Made by a program: the position numbers and the translations under genes. DNA of 20,000 nucleotides from an uncultured virus (IMG/VR IMGVR_UViG_3300023081_000010). Its lineage: Duplodnaviria; Heunggongvirae; Uroviricota; Caudoviricetes. Under the pieces are notes generated by a model. That model was given only the letters and a program-made list of their open reading frames with translations, had not been told where the DNA came from and made no database searches. The DNA lies in the IMG/VR virus record IMGVR_UViG_3300023081_000010, one strand, 5' to 3'. Positions 1 through 8,521 of the stretch are shown one piece after another (the stretch's first letter is position 1; the number at the start of each line of letters is the position of its first letter).

Positions 1-703
1 ATTGCGAAAGATCTTTTACATTGCCTTCTTCAGTAAAGATATTAGCAATAATACTTCTTACAATTCCTAATTTTTTAACTTTAGCTGGAGGCGAAATCCA
101 TACTGGTATTTCAAAGTCTAAACTACAAATATCAATATCTGAATCTGCTCCTGCTGGAATAGATCTAGATGTAAAGTTTGTTCCTGTTAGGTAAACAACA
201 CTCAAACTAGTCCAGTCTATATAGTTGTCATTTGTTTGTATTTCAAAGGCAGGATTAAACAACACCATAATTTGTTCTAGTATTTGTAATTTTTGATCTG
301 TATTAGATGTCCATAAATCAGCTCTTACTGTGAGCTTATATGGTGTTGGCATCAATCTTTCAACTGTTACGTTTTTACCTGGTGCACCTGTATAAGTTCT
401 ATTTCCACTTTCGTCTACTGTATATTTTCTTTCACGTATGTTTACCTTACTAACAAAAGTGGGATCAGTTAATCTTGTTGTGTCCATAGTTAGGCCTGTA
501 ATATAACAAGCCATTCTTGGAACTGTAGGCATTTTGTTTTCTGAATTTTCACGGATAATATTTGCTACCTGTCTTGTTAGATCACCATACATAACAGGAA
601 TAGTCTGTTGATCACCATTACCGGCTTGATACTTAAAGCCTATGAATATTCTCATAAACTGTGTTACGTATCTTCTAAGCTGTCCGTCGTAGAAAAAATC
701 CAT
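1..703 (-). CDS. T4 gp15-like tail sheath stabilizer / tail completion protein (runs off the window start)
   Basis: Not in the ORF track. Manual translation from ATG at 703 gives MDFFYDGQLRRYVTQFMRIF...PTPYKLTVRADLWTSNTDQKLQILEQIMVLFNP..., open to the window edge. The FY..xRRY start and LQIxEQI...FxP motif are typical of gp15, and it is co-oriented with the gp14-like gene. Confidence 0.8.
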   Translation of the reverse strand, partial: MDFFYDGQLRRYVTQFMRIFIGFKYQAGNGDQQTIPVMYGDLTRQVANIIRENSENKMPTVPRMACYITGLTMDTTRLTDPTFVSKVNIRERKYTVDESGNRTYTGAPGKNVTVERLMPTPYKLTVRADLWTSNTDQKLQILEQIMVLFNPAFEIQTNDNYIDWTSLSVVYLTGTNFTSRSIPAGADSDIDICSLDFEIPVWISPPAKVKKLGIVRSIIANIFTEEGNVKDLSQ

Positions 704-882
704 TACTTACTTGCCTTTTTGAAATCGTGTGTAAACGCTGTTTTATCACCTTTTGCCGCAGCGGCTCTTCTTTGCTGTAATTTAATTGCAAGAGGTTCGT
801 CATCGTCTTTTTGTGGACGTCTTTTTATCGAAACTTTTTTTGGACGACTAGTTGTAAAACCAAATATTTCTTCAATACGCAT
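703..882 (-). CDS. Small basic hypothetical protein (59 aa)
   Basis: Not in the ORF track. MRIEEIFGFTTSRPKKVSIKRRPQKDDDEPLAIKLQQRRAAAAKGDKTAFTHDFKKASK*. It exactly fills the gap between two genes, with TAATG stop/start overlaps at both ends (translational coupling). Confidence 0.8.
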   Translation of the reverse strand: MRIEEIFGFTTSRPKKVSIKRRPQKDDDEPLAIKLQQRRAAAAKGDKTAFTHDFKKASK

Positions 883-2201
883 TAATTATCTGCCTCCGGT
901 CTAAGTGCTTTAGATAGACTTTGTTTTTCTTTAACAGTTTGTCCGTCGATGACCTGTTCGTTGTTGTTATTAATAAACGAAGTTTTTTGTGTTTCTCTAG
1001 TAACTTTTCCTGCGAAGTCAGCACCTACTGCAACATCGTTGTCACTTAGATTTGTAATATTTGTTCTCACATCATCCTCTACTTTAGCCCATCTATTTTT
1101 TCTATAGATAAACAATCTTGTTGGTTTATAATCAGTTCTAAGATGATACTGCCCTTCTGATGCTCCCAATGGGAACGCTATGCCTTGTGTAAACGGAGCA
1201 CCATTAGGTGGAAGTCCGTCGCCTAGTATGTAACCTGCATATCCATTAGCTTCAGCATTAGCATATACCGTATCAGCAGTGATTGTATCAATATCTGCAT
1301 CATTAATAGTATCATCTGCTGATACTAATTCAGGTTTGCCATCTTCTGTTCTTTGTAGCGTAAACAGTTTAGTTGTATCATATCCACTTTGAGGTGTATC
1401 GGCTTCTGCTTGATCAAGAACTGCCTGTGTAATTTGCATTTCTTTTTCGTATGTAGACATGATGTCTTTAAGTGTGTCAGCAAGTTTCCAACATTCTCCT
1501 GGAGGAGCATCTGTTGTCTCGCAAGTTGCTTCGTACTTCTCATTGTTATATGAAACAACATCTCCCGGATAGTATGTGTTGCCTTGATTGAACTCGCCTT
1601 TGAAACCTTCTTGATTAGCAATTTGATCAAGTATATCTTTGAATTCTTGTGAATCAACTAGTGGTTTACATTTTGCACGATATAAATGAGGATACCAAGT
1701 TACTGAAAAACCTTCTGCTGCTCTGTTAACATCTTCTACAACATAAAATCTTTTTAAAGCAAATTGTAAATTGTTTGTTGCATTGTAATCTTTTAAGTGA
1801 GGCAATTCTATAACATCGCCTGATATAATTCTTCTTCCTAAACGCTCAATAGTATCGTTAATATGAAAGGTAATAAACAATACATCGTTTTGTAGAAATA
1901 AACCAAATTGACTAAGATTGAAATCTATATCTTGAACATTGTAAACACCACGCATAACATGGACATCAGAGTCATATTTTCTGTCTCTGTTTTCCAGAAA
2001 TAGCATATCTTGTATATTCGTAGGATCTAAAGTAGAATATGCAGGTGTACTAGGTGTATCACCCTGTATTGCAGCACCTGACCCTAGGTATTTGTGTAGG
2101 TAGATATCAGTACCACCCACCTGGAACATTTCCCAAATAGTTTTGTCAATGAAACTGTAATCTTTGCCCTTTTCTGGACGATATAAACTTAATCTTGGCA
2201 T
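882..2201 (-). CDS. T4 gp14-like neck / head-closure protein with C-terminal extension
   Basis: 439-aa ORF. The N-terminal half has a GxDxYxxxY...LSQFGLFL...GDVIELP...FYVVEDV pattern resembling gp14. It lies between gp13-like and gp15-like genes, with TAAATA upstream. Confidence 0.7.
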   Translation of the reverse strand: MPRLSLYRPEKGKDYSFIDKTIWEMFQVGGTDIYLHKYLGSGAAIQGDTPSTPAYSTLDPTNIQDMLFLENRDRKYDSDVHVMRGVYNVQDIDFNLSQFGLFLQNDVLFITFHINDTIERLGRRIISGDVIELPHLKDYNATNNLQFALKRFYVVEDVNRAAEGFSVTWYPHLYRAKCKPLVDSQEFKDILDQIANQEGFKGEFNQGNTYYPGDVVSYNNEKYEATCETTDAPPGECWKLADTLKDIMSTYEKEMQITQAVLDQAEADTPQSGYDTTKLFTLQRTEDGKPELVSADDTINDADIDTITADTVYANAEANGYAGYILGDGLPPNGAPFTQGIAFPLGASEGQYHLRTDYKPTRLFIYRKNRWAKVEDDVRTNITNLSDNDVAVGADFAGKVTRETQKTSFINNNNEQVIDGQTVKEKQSLSKALRPEADN

Positions 2202-2209
2202 AGTATACT

Positions 2210-2240
2210 TATTTACCGTTTCTAGCTTAAGGCATAAATA
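2210..2240. promoter_or_regulatory. Divergent pair of late-promoter motifs (TAAATA on - at 2210-2215 and on + at 2235-2240)
   Basis: Matches the core of the T4 late promoter TATAAATA. The motifs are 8 nt and 5 nt upstream of the ATGs of the two divergent neck genes. Confidence 0.7.
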
Positions 2241-2245
2241 GTTAT

Positions 2246-3004
2246 ATGAGCCAAATTGAACAAGAAAAACAGAAAGTTTTTGATTATTGTAAAGCGTTTC
2301 TCGGCGATGGCATGATCGACGTTGAGCTCGATCCTATACACTACGAAACTGCATTATCTAAAGCACTTGGAGTTTTTAAGCAAAGATCCGACAATGCTGT
2401 CGAAGAAAGTTATATTACTCTTGCATTAGAAGTAGACAAAAACGAATATATCTTACCAGACGAAATACAGCAAGTTAGACAGATTTATAGAAGATCTGTA
2501 GGGTCACGCACAGGCGGCGGAACCGGTGGTACAGTGTTTGAACCATTTAACCTCGCTTACACAAATACCTATTTGTTAAGTTCCACTAATATGGGCGGAC
2601 TAGCAACATATGAATTGTTTGCACAATATCAAGAACTTGTTGGAAAGATGTTTGGTTCATTTATCAACTTTACATGGCATCCGCAAAGCAAAAAATTAAC
2701 AATTATGCAGAGACCGAGAGCAGATGAAAATGTATTGCTTTGGTGCTACAACAATAAACCCGACTTTGTTATTTTACAAGATGTATATGCAAGTCAGTGG
2801 GTTAGAGATTATACTCTTGCAAACTGTAAAGTTATGTTAGGACAAGCAAGAGAAAAGTTTGCAAGTATTGCAGGTCCACAAGGAGGCACAGCTCTTAATG
2901 GTGCTTCTATGAAACAAGAAGGATTTGCAGATATTGATAGATTAACAGCCGAATTGGTAACACAAGTTCCAGGCGGCCAAGGATACAGTTGGATTATTGG
3001 ATAA
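2246..3004 (+). CDS. T4 gp13-like neck protein (head-tail adaptor)
   Basis: 252 aa. YCKAFLGDGMIDVEL...WVRDYTLANCKVMLGQAREKF...GPQGGTALNG matches the gp13 pattern (LG.P.I.VE...W.K.Y..A..K...G....K....LPGG...NG). Confidence 0.85.
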   Translation: MSQIEQEKQKVFDYCKAFLGDGMIDVELDPIHYETALSKALGVFKQRSDNAVEESYITLALEVDKNEYILPDEIQQVRQIYRRSVGSRTGGGTGGTVFEPFNLAYTNTYLLSSTNMGGLATYELFAQYQELVGKMFGSFINFTWHPQSKKLTIMQRPRADENVLLWCYNNKPDFVILQDVYASQWVRDYTLANCKVMLGQAREKFASIAGPQGGTALNGASMKQEGFADIDRLTAELVTQVPGGQGYSWIIG

Positions 3005-3342
3005 TGAAAGCATCAGATTTCATCACAGAAGAACATGAACAAATGTACACCGAAGTCGCTAAAATGGTTTGGGGTGTTGGTAAACACAATCAGCGTGGCG
3101 GACAAACCAAACTGCGTTTTCGTTGTTCAACAGGACCAAGAGCAGGTAGACAAGTAAGTCATCCTTCCAAATGTGTACAGCAATACGATGTTGCTAAAGC
3201 ACAACGTATGAAGCGTACTCGTGCTAGAACAGCACCTACACAAGCAAGACGTCAACAGCGTACAAAAGCAATCAATACAGCAAGTGTATTGGCTCGTAAA
3301 CTCAATACGGGCAAAGCTGGTCAGCCAAAACCTTATTATTAA
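3004..3342 (+). CDS. Basic Arg/Lys-rich hypothetical protein (112 aa), possible internal head protein
   Basis: The start is more likely ATG 3004 (TAATG overlap with the gp13 stop) than the track's TTG 2989. It begins MKASDFITEE, followed by a highly basic body. Confidence 0.7.
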   Translation: MKASDFITEEHEQMYTEVAKMVWGVGKHNQRGGQTKLRFRCSTGPRAGRQVSHPSKCVQQYDVAKAQRMKRTRARTAPTQARRQQRTKAINTASVLARKLNTGKAGQPKPYY

Positions 3343-3345
3343 CAC

Positions 3346-3374
3346 TTGACATTTAGCAAATAAGCAGTTATAAT
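3346..3374 (+). promoter_or_regulatory. Consensus sigma70 (early-type) promoter for dNMP kinase
   Basis: TTGACA (3346-3351), 17-nt spacer, TATAAT (3369-3374), then an AAGGAG RBS before ATG 3402. Confidence 0.85.
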
Positions 3375-3401
3375 AATACTCATACTAAGGAGAGTTTTAT
3401 T

Positions 3402-4034
3402 ATGATTATCGGTGTTTGTGGATTTATCGGTTCTGGCAAAGATACAGTTGCGGACTATCTTGTTAATTTCCACGAGTTTAGACGAGAGAGCTATGCCAAT
3501 ACTCTTAAAGATGCAGTGGCGGCTGTATTTGGTTGGGATAGAGATCTATTAGAAGGACGTTCAAAAGAAGCAAGAGCTTGGCGTGAAAAGGTAGACAAAT
3601 GGTGGGCAGATAGATTACATATGCCTACACTTACACCGAGATGGGTATTGCAGTATTGGGGTACAGAAGTAGCACGTAAAAACTTTCATGATGATATTTG
3701 GATTGCTAGTTTAGAAAACAAATTACGAAAAAGCGAAGATAACATTGTAATCTCCGACTGTAGATTTCCTAACGAAATTAAGAGTATTAAACAAGCCGGC
3801 GGCACTATAATTTGGGTTAAAAGAGGTGATCTTCCTCCTTGGTACGAAGATGCTAAAAGAGCGAATGCTGGTATTAATGTTTCAATGAATGCTATGAAGC
3901 AACTCGGAATCCATGCTTCAGAATGGGCTTGGGTAGGTACTGAGTTTGATCATGAAATAGACAATGACGGAACTATTCAAGAGATGTACGATAAGGTTAA
4001 AAATCTGCTACAAGATCCCCTTGCTTCCAAGTAA
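3402..4034 (+). CDS. Deoxynucleoside monophosphate kinase (T4 gp1-like)
   Basis: IIGVCGFIGSGKDTVAD P-loop, plus TPRWVLQYWGTE, VISDCRFPNE and HASE motifs of phage dNMP kinases. Confidence 0.92.
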   Translation: MIIGVCGFIGSGKDTVADYLVNFHEFRRESYANTLKDAVAAVFGWDRDLLEGRSKEARAWREKVDKWWADRLHMPTLTPRWVLQYWGTEVARKNFHDDIWIASLENKLRKSEDNIVISDCRFPNEIKSIKQAGGTIIWVKRGDLPPWYEDAKRANAGINVSMNAMKQLGIHASEWAWVGTEFDHEIDNDGTIQEMYDKVKNLLQDPLASK

Positions 4035-4335
4035 CATTTTCTTTTGATATTATTACAGCACAGTTCGAGCACACTGTTTTTAAATTAGTTGGTCTACAAT
4101 TGTTCAAGTTTCCATCTACATGGAATACCTTGAATATGTCATCGTGTGTTGATTTAAAACCGCACTTGTCGCAAGATTTCTTCTTCTTGTACCCTGACTG
4201 TTCCCACATAGTGATACCATAGTTAGTGCCGTACTTTAAACATCCTTCGCATAGTTTGCGATAGTACGTTTTAGTACCTTTCTTATAATTAACTGCACGT
4301 GGGCGTTTATTGCACCCTTTACATAGTGGTCTCAT
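3997..4335 (-). CDS. Zinc-binding HNH-like protein
   Basis: Four CxxC pairs and an HNH-like segment VFHVDGNLNNCRPTNLKTVCSNC. TAAATA lies 5 nt upstream of the ATG on the minus strand (4341-4346). Confidence 0.7.
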   Translation of the reverse strand: MRPLCKGCNKRPRAVNYKKGTKTYYRKLCEGCLKYGTNYGITMWEQSGYKKKKSCDKCGFKSTHDDIFKVFHVDGNLNNCRPTNLKTVCSNCAVIISKENVTWKQGDLVADF

Positions 4336-4340
4336 AATGT

Positions 4341-4409
4341 TATTTACACCTTTTCAATCCCTTTATATATGCACCTTAAAGCACCATTTTTAAAAGATTA
4401 CGCTAAATA
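4341..4409. promoter_or_regulatory. Divergent late-promoter motifs (TAAATA on - at 4341-4346; on + at 4404-4409 for the sheath-tube operon)
   Basis: Same motif as at the other late genes. The sheath gene has a longer leader with an AGGAG RBS at 4448-4452. Confidence 0.6.
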
Positions 4410-4460
4410 CATTAGCATAAGTTACGTAATGAACTTTTAACATTACCAGGAGAGATTAGA

Positions 4461-7400
4461 ATGGCACTACAATCACCAGGAGTAGAAGTTACGGTAATTG
4501 ATGAGAGTTTTTATACCCCGGCAGAACCAGGGACAACTCCACTTATTATTGTAGCAACTGCACAAGATAAACAAAACGCCGCAGGCACAGGCACAGCAGC
4601 GGCAACAACTAAAGCAAATGCTGGATCAGCATTTAAAGTAACTTCACAGAAAGAATTAGTAGATCTTTTTGGAGTACCAAACTTTGAAAAGACAGCAAGT
4701 AATACACCGATTCACGGTAGCGAATTAAATGAATACGGACTTCTAGCAGCATATAGTTTGCTAGGTGTTTCTAACGCAGCGTTTGTAACTAGAGCCGATG
4801 TAGACTTATCACAACTAGCAGGTACATCAGAGGCTCCGGGAGCGGATCCTGACAATGGAACTTGGTGGATTGATACTAGAGGCACTACATTCGGTATTCA
4901 AGAATGGAACGGTGCAGCAGTAACAACAAGCGGTGGACAAAAGTTTGCTGCAAAAACACCAATAGTTTTAACAGATGACGATACAACCAAAATTGACAAC
5001 GGAGTGCCAAAAGGGTCAGTTGGTGCAATCGGCGAATATGCAGTAGTTTTTGAAACTGTTGACGGAAGTGGATCATTTACTGCTTCAAAAGAAACAGCTA
5101 GAATTTACTATAAATCATCTGGTAACGGTTCAACAGTAACTTCAGGAAGTTGGGTATTAGTAGGTAGTAACGATTGGACTGCTAGTAATCCAACAGTACA
5201 AGGCTCAACATTTACAGCAACATCAGGCCACTTTACAATTAACGGAACAGACTTTGAAGTAACAGGTACATTAGATGACTTAGTTACAGCAATTAACGGT
5301 GCTATTACAGCAACACAAGGTGTTGTTGCTAGAAACGTTAGCGGTAAACTTTATCTTTACAGCGATGGCACATTAGACGATGCAGTAGGTGATAGTTCAC
5401 TTGCTAATGCAATTGTTATTGGTGACGGTAATACTTTACCAAACATGGACTTTGATGCACTAGGTATTGCAAAAGCAACATACTATGGTCCAGCATTGCA
5501 ACAGTCAGCACACACATCTGTTCCAGAATGGAAAGTAGATGATAGCGAACCACGCCCAACAGGCTCTGTATGGATTAAAACTACAGAACCTAACAATGGT
5601 GCAAGATGGAGAGCATATCAGTGGTCAAGTGCTACTAAATCATGGGGCGCAGTTGATGCTCCGATTTATGCTAACGGTAGCACAGCAACTTACACATTAG
5701 ATAGAAGCGGTGGCGGTGTTAACATTGCAGCTGATACATTGTTTGTACAATCAAATGCAAACGAAAACAGCAACAATGATACAACTCCTGCAACAGCAAC
5801 GTTTAGAGTGTGGAGACGTAATGCAACTGAAGCAACATCAATTACTTCAGATGAAATTACAAGTAGCTCATTTACAGTAGGATCAAACACTTTTACAATT
5901 GCTGAATCAGTAAAAACTTCAGCAACACTAAACGCAGGTGTTGAAGTATCCTTTACTGCTGCTGGTAATGCAGATGATGCTGAATTAATGGCAAATGCTG
6001 TTAACTCCGCAGGATTTACAAACATTCAAGCTTCTATTACAGCTGACAACGAAGTTGTTATTTCACACAACTTAGGCGGCGACTTTAGAATTACTGACGG
6101 TACAAACACACCAATCGGTGGAGTGTTTACACCATTTAGTATTAATACTTTAATTGGAACATCTAACTTCTACACTGCTCCATCAGGTGCAGATGAAGAT
6201 TATGTTGCTTCTAACTGGCAACCACTTGCAGCAGCAGACTTTAAAGCAAGTTCAAATAATCCAGAAAATGAACCAGCTGATGGACAATTATGGTACAACC
6301 CAGAATTTAGTGAAGTTGACATTATGGTACATAATGGCAGTGATTGGGTTGGATATCATAATGTTTACGCAAGTGCAAGTCCAGCAGGTCCAATTGTTTC
6401 TGCAACAGCACCAAGTGCTACAACAGGACAAAGCGACGGTACTGCACTAGTTGATGGAGATCTTTGGATTTCAACAGCTGATCTAGAAAACTTCCCAACA
6501 ATTTATCGTTGGAATGGTTTATTACTAGAATGGGTACAGTTAGATAAAACTGATCAAACAACAGAAGAAGGCGTTCTTTTTGCTGATGCACGTTATGGTT
6601 TATCAGGTGCAACAGGTAATACAGAGGCAACTATCAAAGACTTGCTTACAAACAATTACCTAGACCCAGATGCTCCAGATCCAGCACTATATCCAAAAGG
6701 AATGTTGTTATGGAACTTACGTAGAAGTGGCGGTAACGTTAAACGTTATGCTAACAACTACATTGATGTAACAGCAGACAACCCACGCAACGGCGACGAA
6801 GCAATGAGTGGTTATGCAACTGATCGTTGGGTAACACAGTCAGGCAACCAAGAAGATGGTTCAGGTAGCTTCGGACGTAAAGCACAGCGTATGGTTGTAG
6901 TACAGGCTATGAAATCTGTAATTGATACAAGTGAGCAGATTAGAGATGAAGAACGTAGAAACTTCAACATTATTGCTGCTCCAGGATACACTGAAGTAAT
7001 GTCAAACCTTGTTAACCTAAACATTGACAGAGGTTTAACAGCATTTGTATTAGGTGACACACCTTTAAGACTTCCAGCAAATGCTACTTCATTGACCAAC
7101 TACGGTTCAAATGCTAACCTTGTTGTAGATAACAGTGACGATGGTCTTGTTACATTCGACGAATACTTGGCAGTGTTTTATCCAAACGGATTTACAACTG
7201 ATTTAGGTGGAGCAAACGCAGTTGTTCCTGCTACACACATGATGATGAGAACAGTTGCACTAAGTGACCAAGTTGCTTATCCATGGTTTGCACCAGCAGG
7301 TACAAGACGTGGTGGAATTTCAAACGCTACAGCAGTAGGATACATTGATGCTGCAACTGGCGAATTCCAAACTGTTGCACTTAATGAAGGACAAAGAGAT

Positions 7401-7808
7401 ACGTTATATGACCTAAAGATTAATCCAATTACATTCTTTAATGGTGTTGGTTTAGTTAACTACGGTCAGAAAACTAGAGGTAGAAATGCTTCTGCACTAG
7501 ATAGAATTAACGTAGCACGTTTGGTAGTGTACTTACGTAGTCAGCTTAATAAATTGGCTCGTCCTTACATTTTTGAACCAAATGATAAAATCACAAGAGA
7601 CGAAATCAAACAAGCGGTAGAATCATTACTACTTGAGTTGGTTGGTTTGAGAGCTCTGTATGATTTCGCGGTAGTGTGTGATGAAACAAATAATACTCCT
7701 GCTAGAATCGACCGCAACGAACTATATGTTGATATTGCGATTGAACCAGTTAAGGCGATTGAATTCATCTACATTCCATTGCGTGTCAAGAACACAGGAG
7801 AAATTTAA
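4461..7808 (+). CDS. Contractile tail sheath protein (T4 gp18-like), enlarged
   Basis: N-terminal LQSPGVEVTVIDES and C-terminal PWFAPAGTRRG, INPI, GQKT, ALDRINVARL, FEPND, VVCDETNNTP..IDRNEL..DI.IEP.KAIEFI are hallmark sheath motifs. Confidence 0.95.
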   Translation: MALQSPGVEVTVIDESFYTPAEPGTTPLIIVATAQDKQNAAGTGTAAATTKANAGSAFKVTSQKELVDLFGVPNFEKTASNTPIHGSELNEYGLLAAYSLLGVSNAAFVTRADVDLSQLAGTSEAPGADPDNGTWWIDTRGTTFGIQEWNGAAVTTSGGQKFAAKTPIVLTDDDTTKIDNGVPKGSVGAIGEYAVVFETVDGSGSFTASKETARIYYKSSGNGSTVTSGSWVLVGSNDWTASNPTVQGSTFTATSGHFTINGTDFEVTGTLDDLVTAINGAITATQGVVARNVSGKLYLYSDGTLDDAVGDSSLANAIVIGDGNTLPNMDFDALGIAKATYYGPALQQSAHTSVPEWKVDDSEPRPTGSVWIKTTEPNNGARWRAYQWSSATKSWGAVDAPIYANGSTATYTLDRSGGGVNIAADTLFVQSNANENSNNDTTPATATFRVWRRNATEATSITSDEITSSSFTVGSNTFTIAESVKTSATLNAGVEVSFTAAGNADDAELMANAVNSAGFTNIQASITADNEVVISHNLGGDFRITDGTNTPIGGVFTPFSINTLIGTSNFYTAPSGADEDYVASNWQPLAAADFKASSNNPENEPADGQLWYNPEFSEVDIMVHNGSDWVGYHNVYASASPAGPIVSATAPSATTGQSDGTALVDGDLWISTADLENFPTIYRWNGLLLEWVQLDKTDQTTEEGVLFADARYGLSGATGNTEATIKDLLTNNYLDPDAPDPALYPKGMLLWNLRRSGGNVKRYANNYIDVTADNPRNGDEAMSGYATDRWVTQSGNQEDGSGSFGRKAQRMVVVQAMKSVIDTSEQIRDEERRNFNIIAAPGYTEVMSNLVNLNIDRGLTAFVLGDTPLRLPANATSLTNYGSNANLVVDNSDDGLVTFDEYLAVFYPNGFTTDLGGANAVVPATHMMMRTVALSDQVAYPWFAPAGTRRGGISNATAVGYIDAATGEFQTVALNEGQRDTLYDLKINPITFFNGVGLVNYGQKTRGRNASALDRINVARLVVYLRSQLNKLARPYIFEPNDKITRDEIKQAVESLLLELVGLRALYDFAVVCDETNNTPARIDRNELYVDIAIEPVKAIEFIYIPLRVKNTGEI

Positions 7809-7810
7809 TC

Positions 7811-8452
7811 ATGCCTATTACATCACTTAATAACTTCTCAGTACCAACAGACGCAGGCAACCAAGTGCTCTTGATGCCTAAATTAAAGTATCGCTTCCGC
7901 GTTACTTTATTAGGATTTGGAGTTACTGCTGCAACTGAGTTAACAAAACAAGTTGTTGATGTTTCAAGACCAAAAGTTGGTTTTGAAGAAATGCCGTTAG
8001 AGATTTACAACTCACGTGTATACCTTGCAGGTAAGTATACATTTGAGACATTAGCTCTAAACTTACGTGACGATGCAAGTGGAGAAGTACAGAAACTTGT
8101 AGGTCAACAGGTACAGAAACAATTTGACTTTGTTGAACAGGCTTCTGCAAGATCAGGTATTGACTACAAATTTACTACTAAGATCGAAGTATTAGACGGT
8201 GGTAATGGTAACAACCCATCAGGTGTAAACGTACTTGAAACTCAAGTAATGTACGGTTGTTTCCTAACTAACGTTGATTACGGAGATGCAAACTATGGTA
8301 CTAATGAACCAATGCAGGTTGCACTAACAATCCGCTTTGATAACATGGTACAATGGGGTGCTGGAGAGCAAGGAGTTGGAGTTGGTATTGGTGCTGCTGT
8401 CGAAAGAACACTCGGCGAAGCAACAACTGGTGCTACTGCTGCTCAAGGCTAA
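7811..8452 (+). CDS. Tail tube protein (T4 gp19-like)
   Basis: Directly follows the sheath gene. 213 aa with RFRV...P.V.FEE......N....LAGK..F..L....RDD and a terminal ALTIRFD, typical of the tube fold. Confidence 0.88.
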   Translation: MPITSLNNFSVPTDAGNQVLLMPKLKYRFRVTLLGFGVTAATELTKQVVDVSRPKVGFEEMPLEIYNSRVYLAGKYTFETLALNLRDDASGEVQKLVGQQVQKQFDFVEQASARSGIDYKFTTKIEVLDGGNGNNPSGVNVLETQVMYGCFLTNVDYGDANYGTNEPMQVALTIRFDNMVQWGAGEQGVGVGIGAAVERTLGEATTGATAAQG

Positions 8453-8474
8453 TACTAGTACTAGTAATAGAATT

Positions 8475-8505
8475 AAAAAGCCCGGATTTTTTCCGGGCTT
8501 TTTTT
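8475..8505 (+). terminator. Rho-independent terminator after the tail tube gene
   Basis: AAAAAGCCCGGA-TTTTT-TCCGGGCTTTTTTT: GC-rich stem plus T tract. The flanking A tract makes it potentially bidirectional. Confidence 0.9.
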
Positions 8506-8521
8506 ATGGCTAAATAATAGT

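Noticed and set aside
608..904. 98-aa + strand ORF in the track
   Set aside because: Antisense shadow of the coupled minus-strand genes (1..703, 703..882); no RBS.
8453..8466. 14-bp palindrome TACTAGTACTAGTA after the tube stop codon
   Set aside because: Low-complexity AT-rich tandem with no full second copy noticed; no supportable function.
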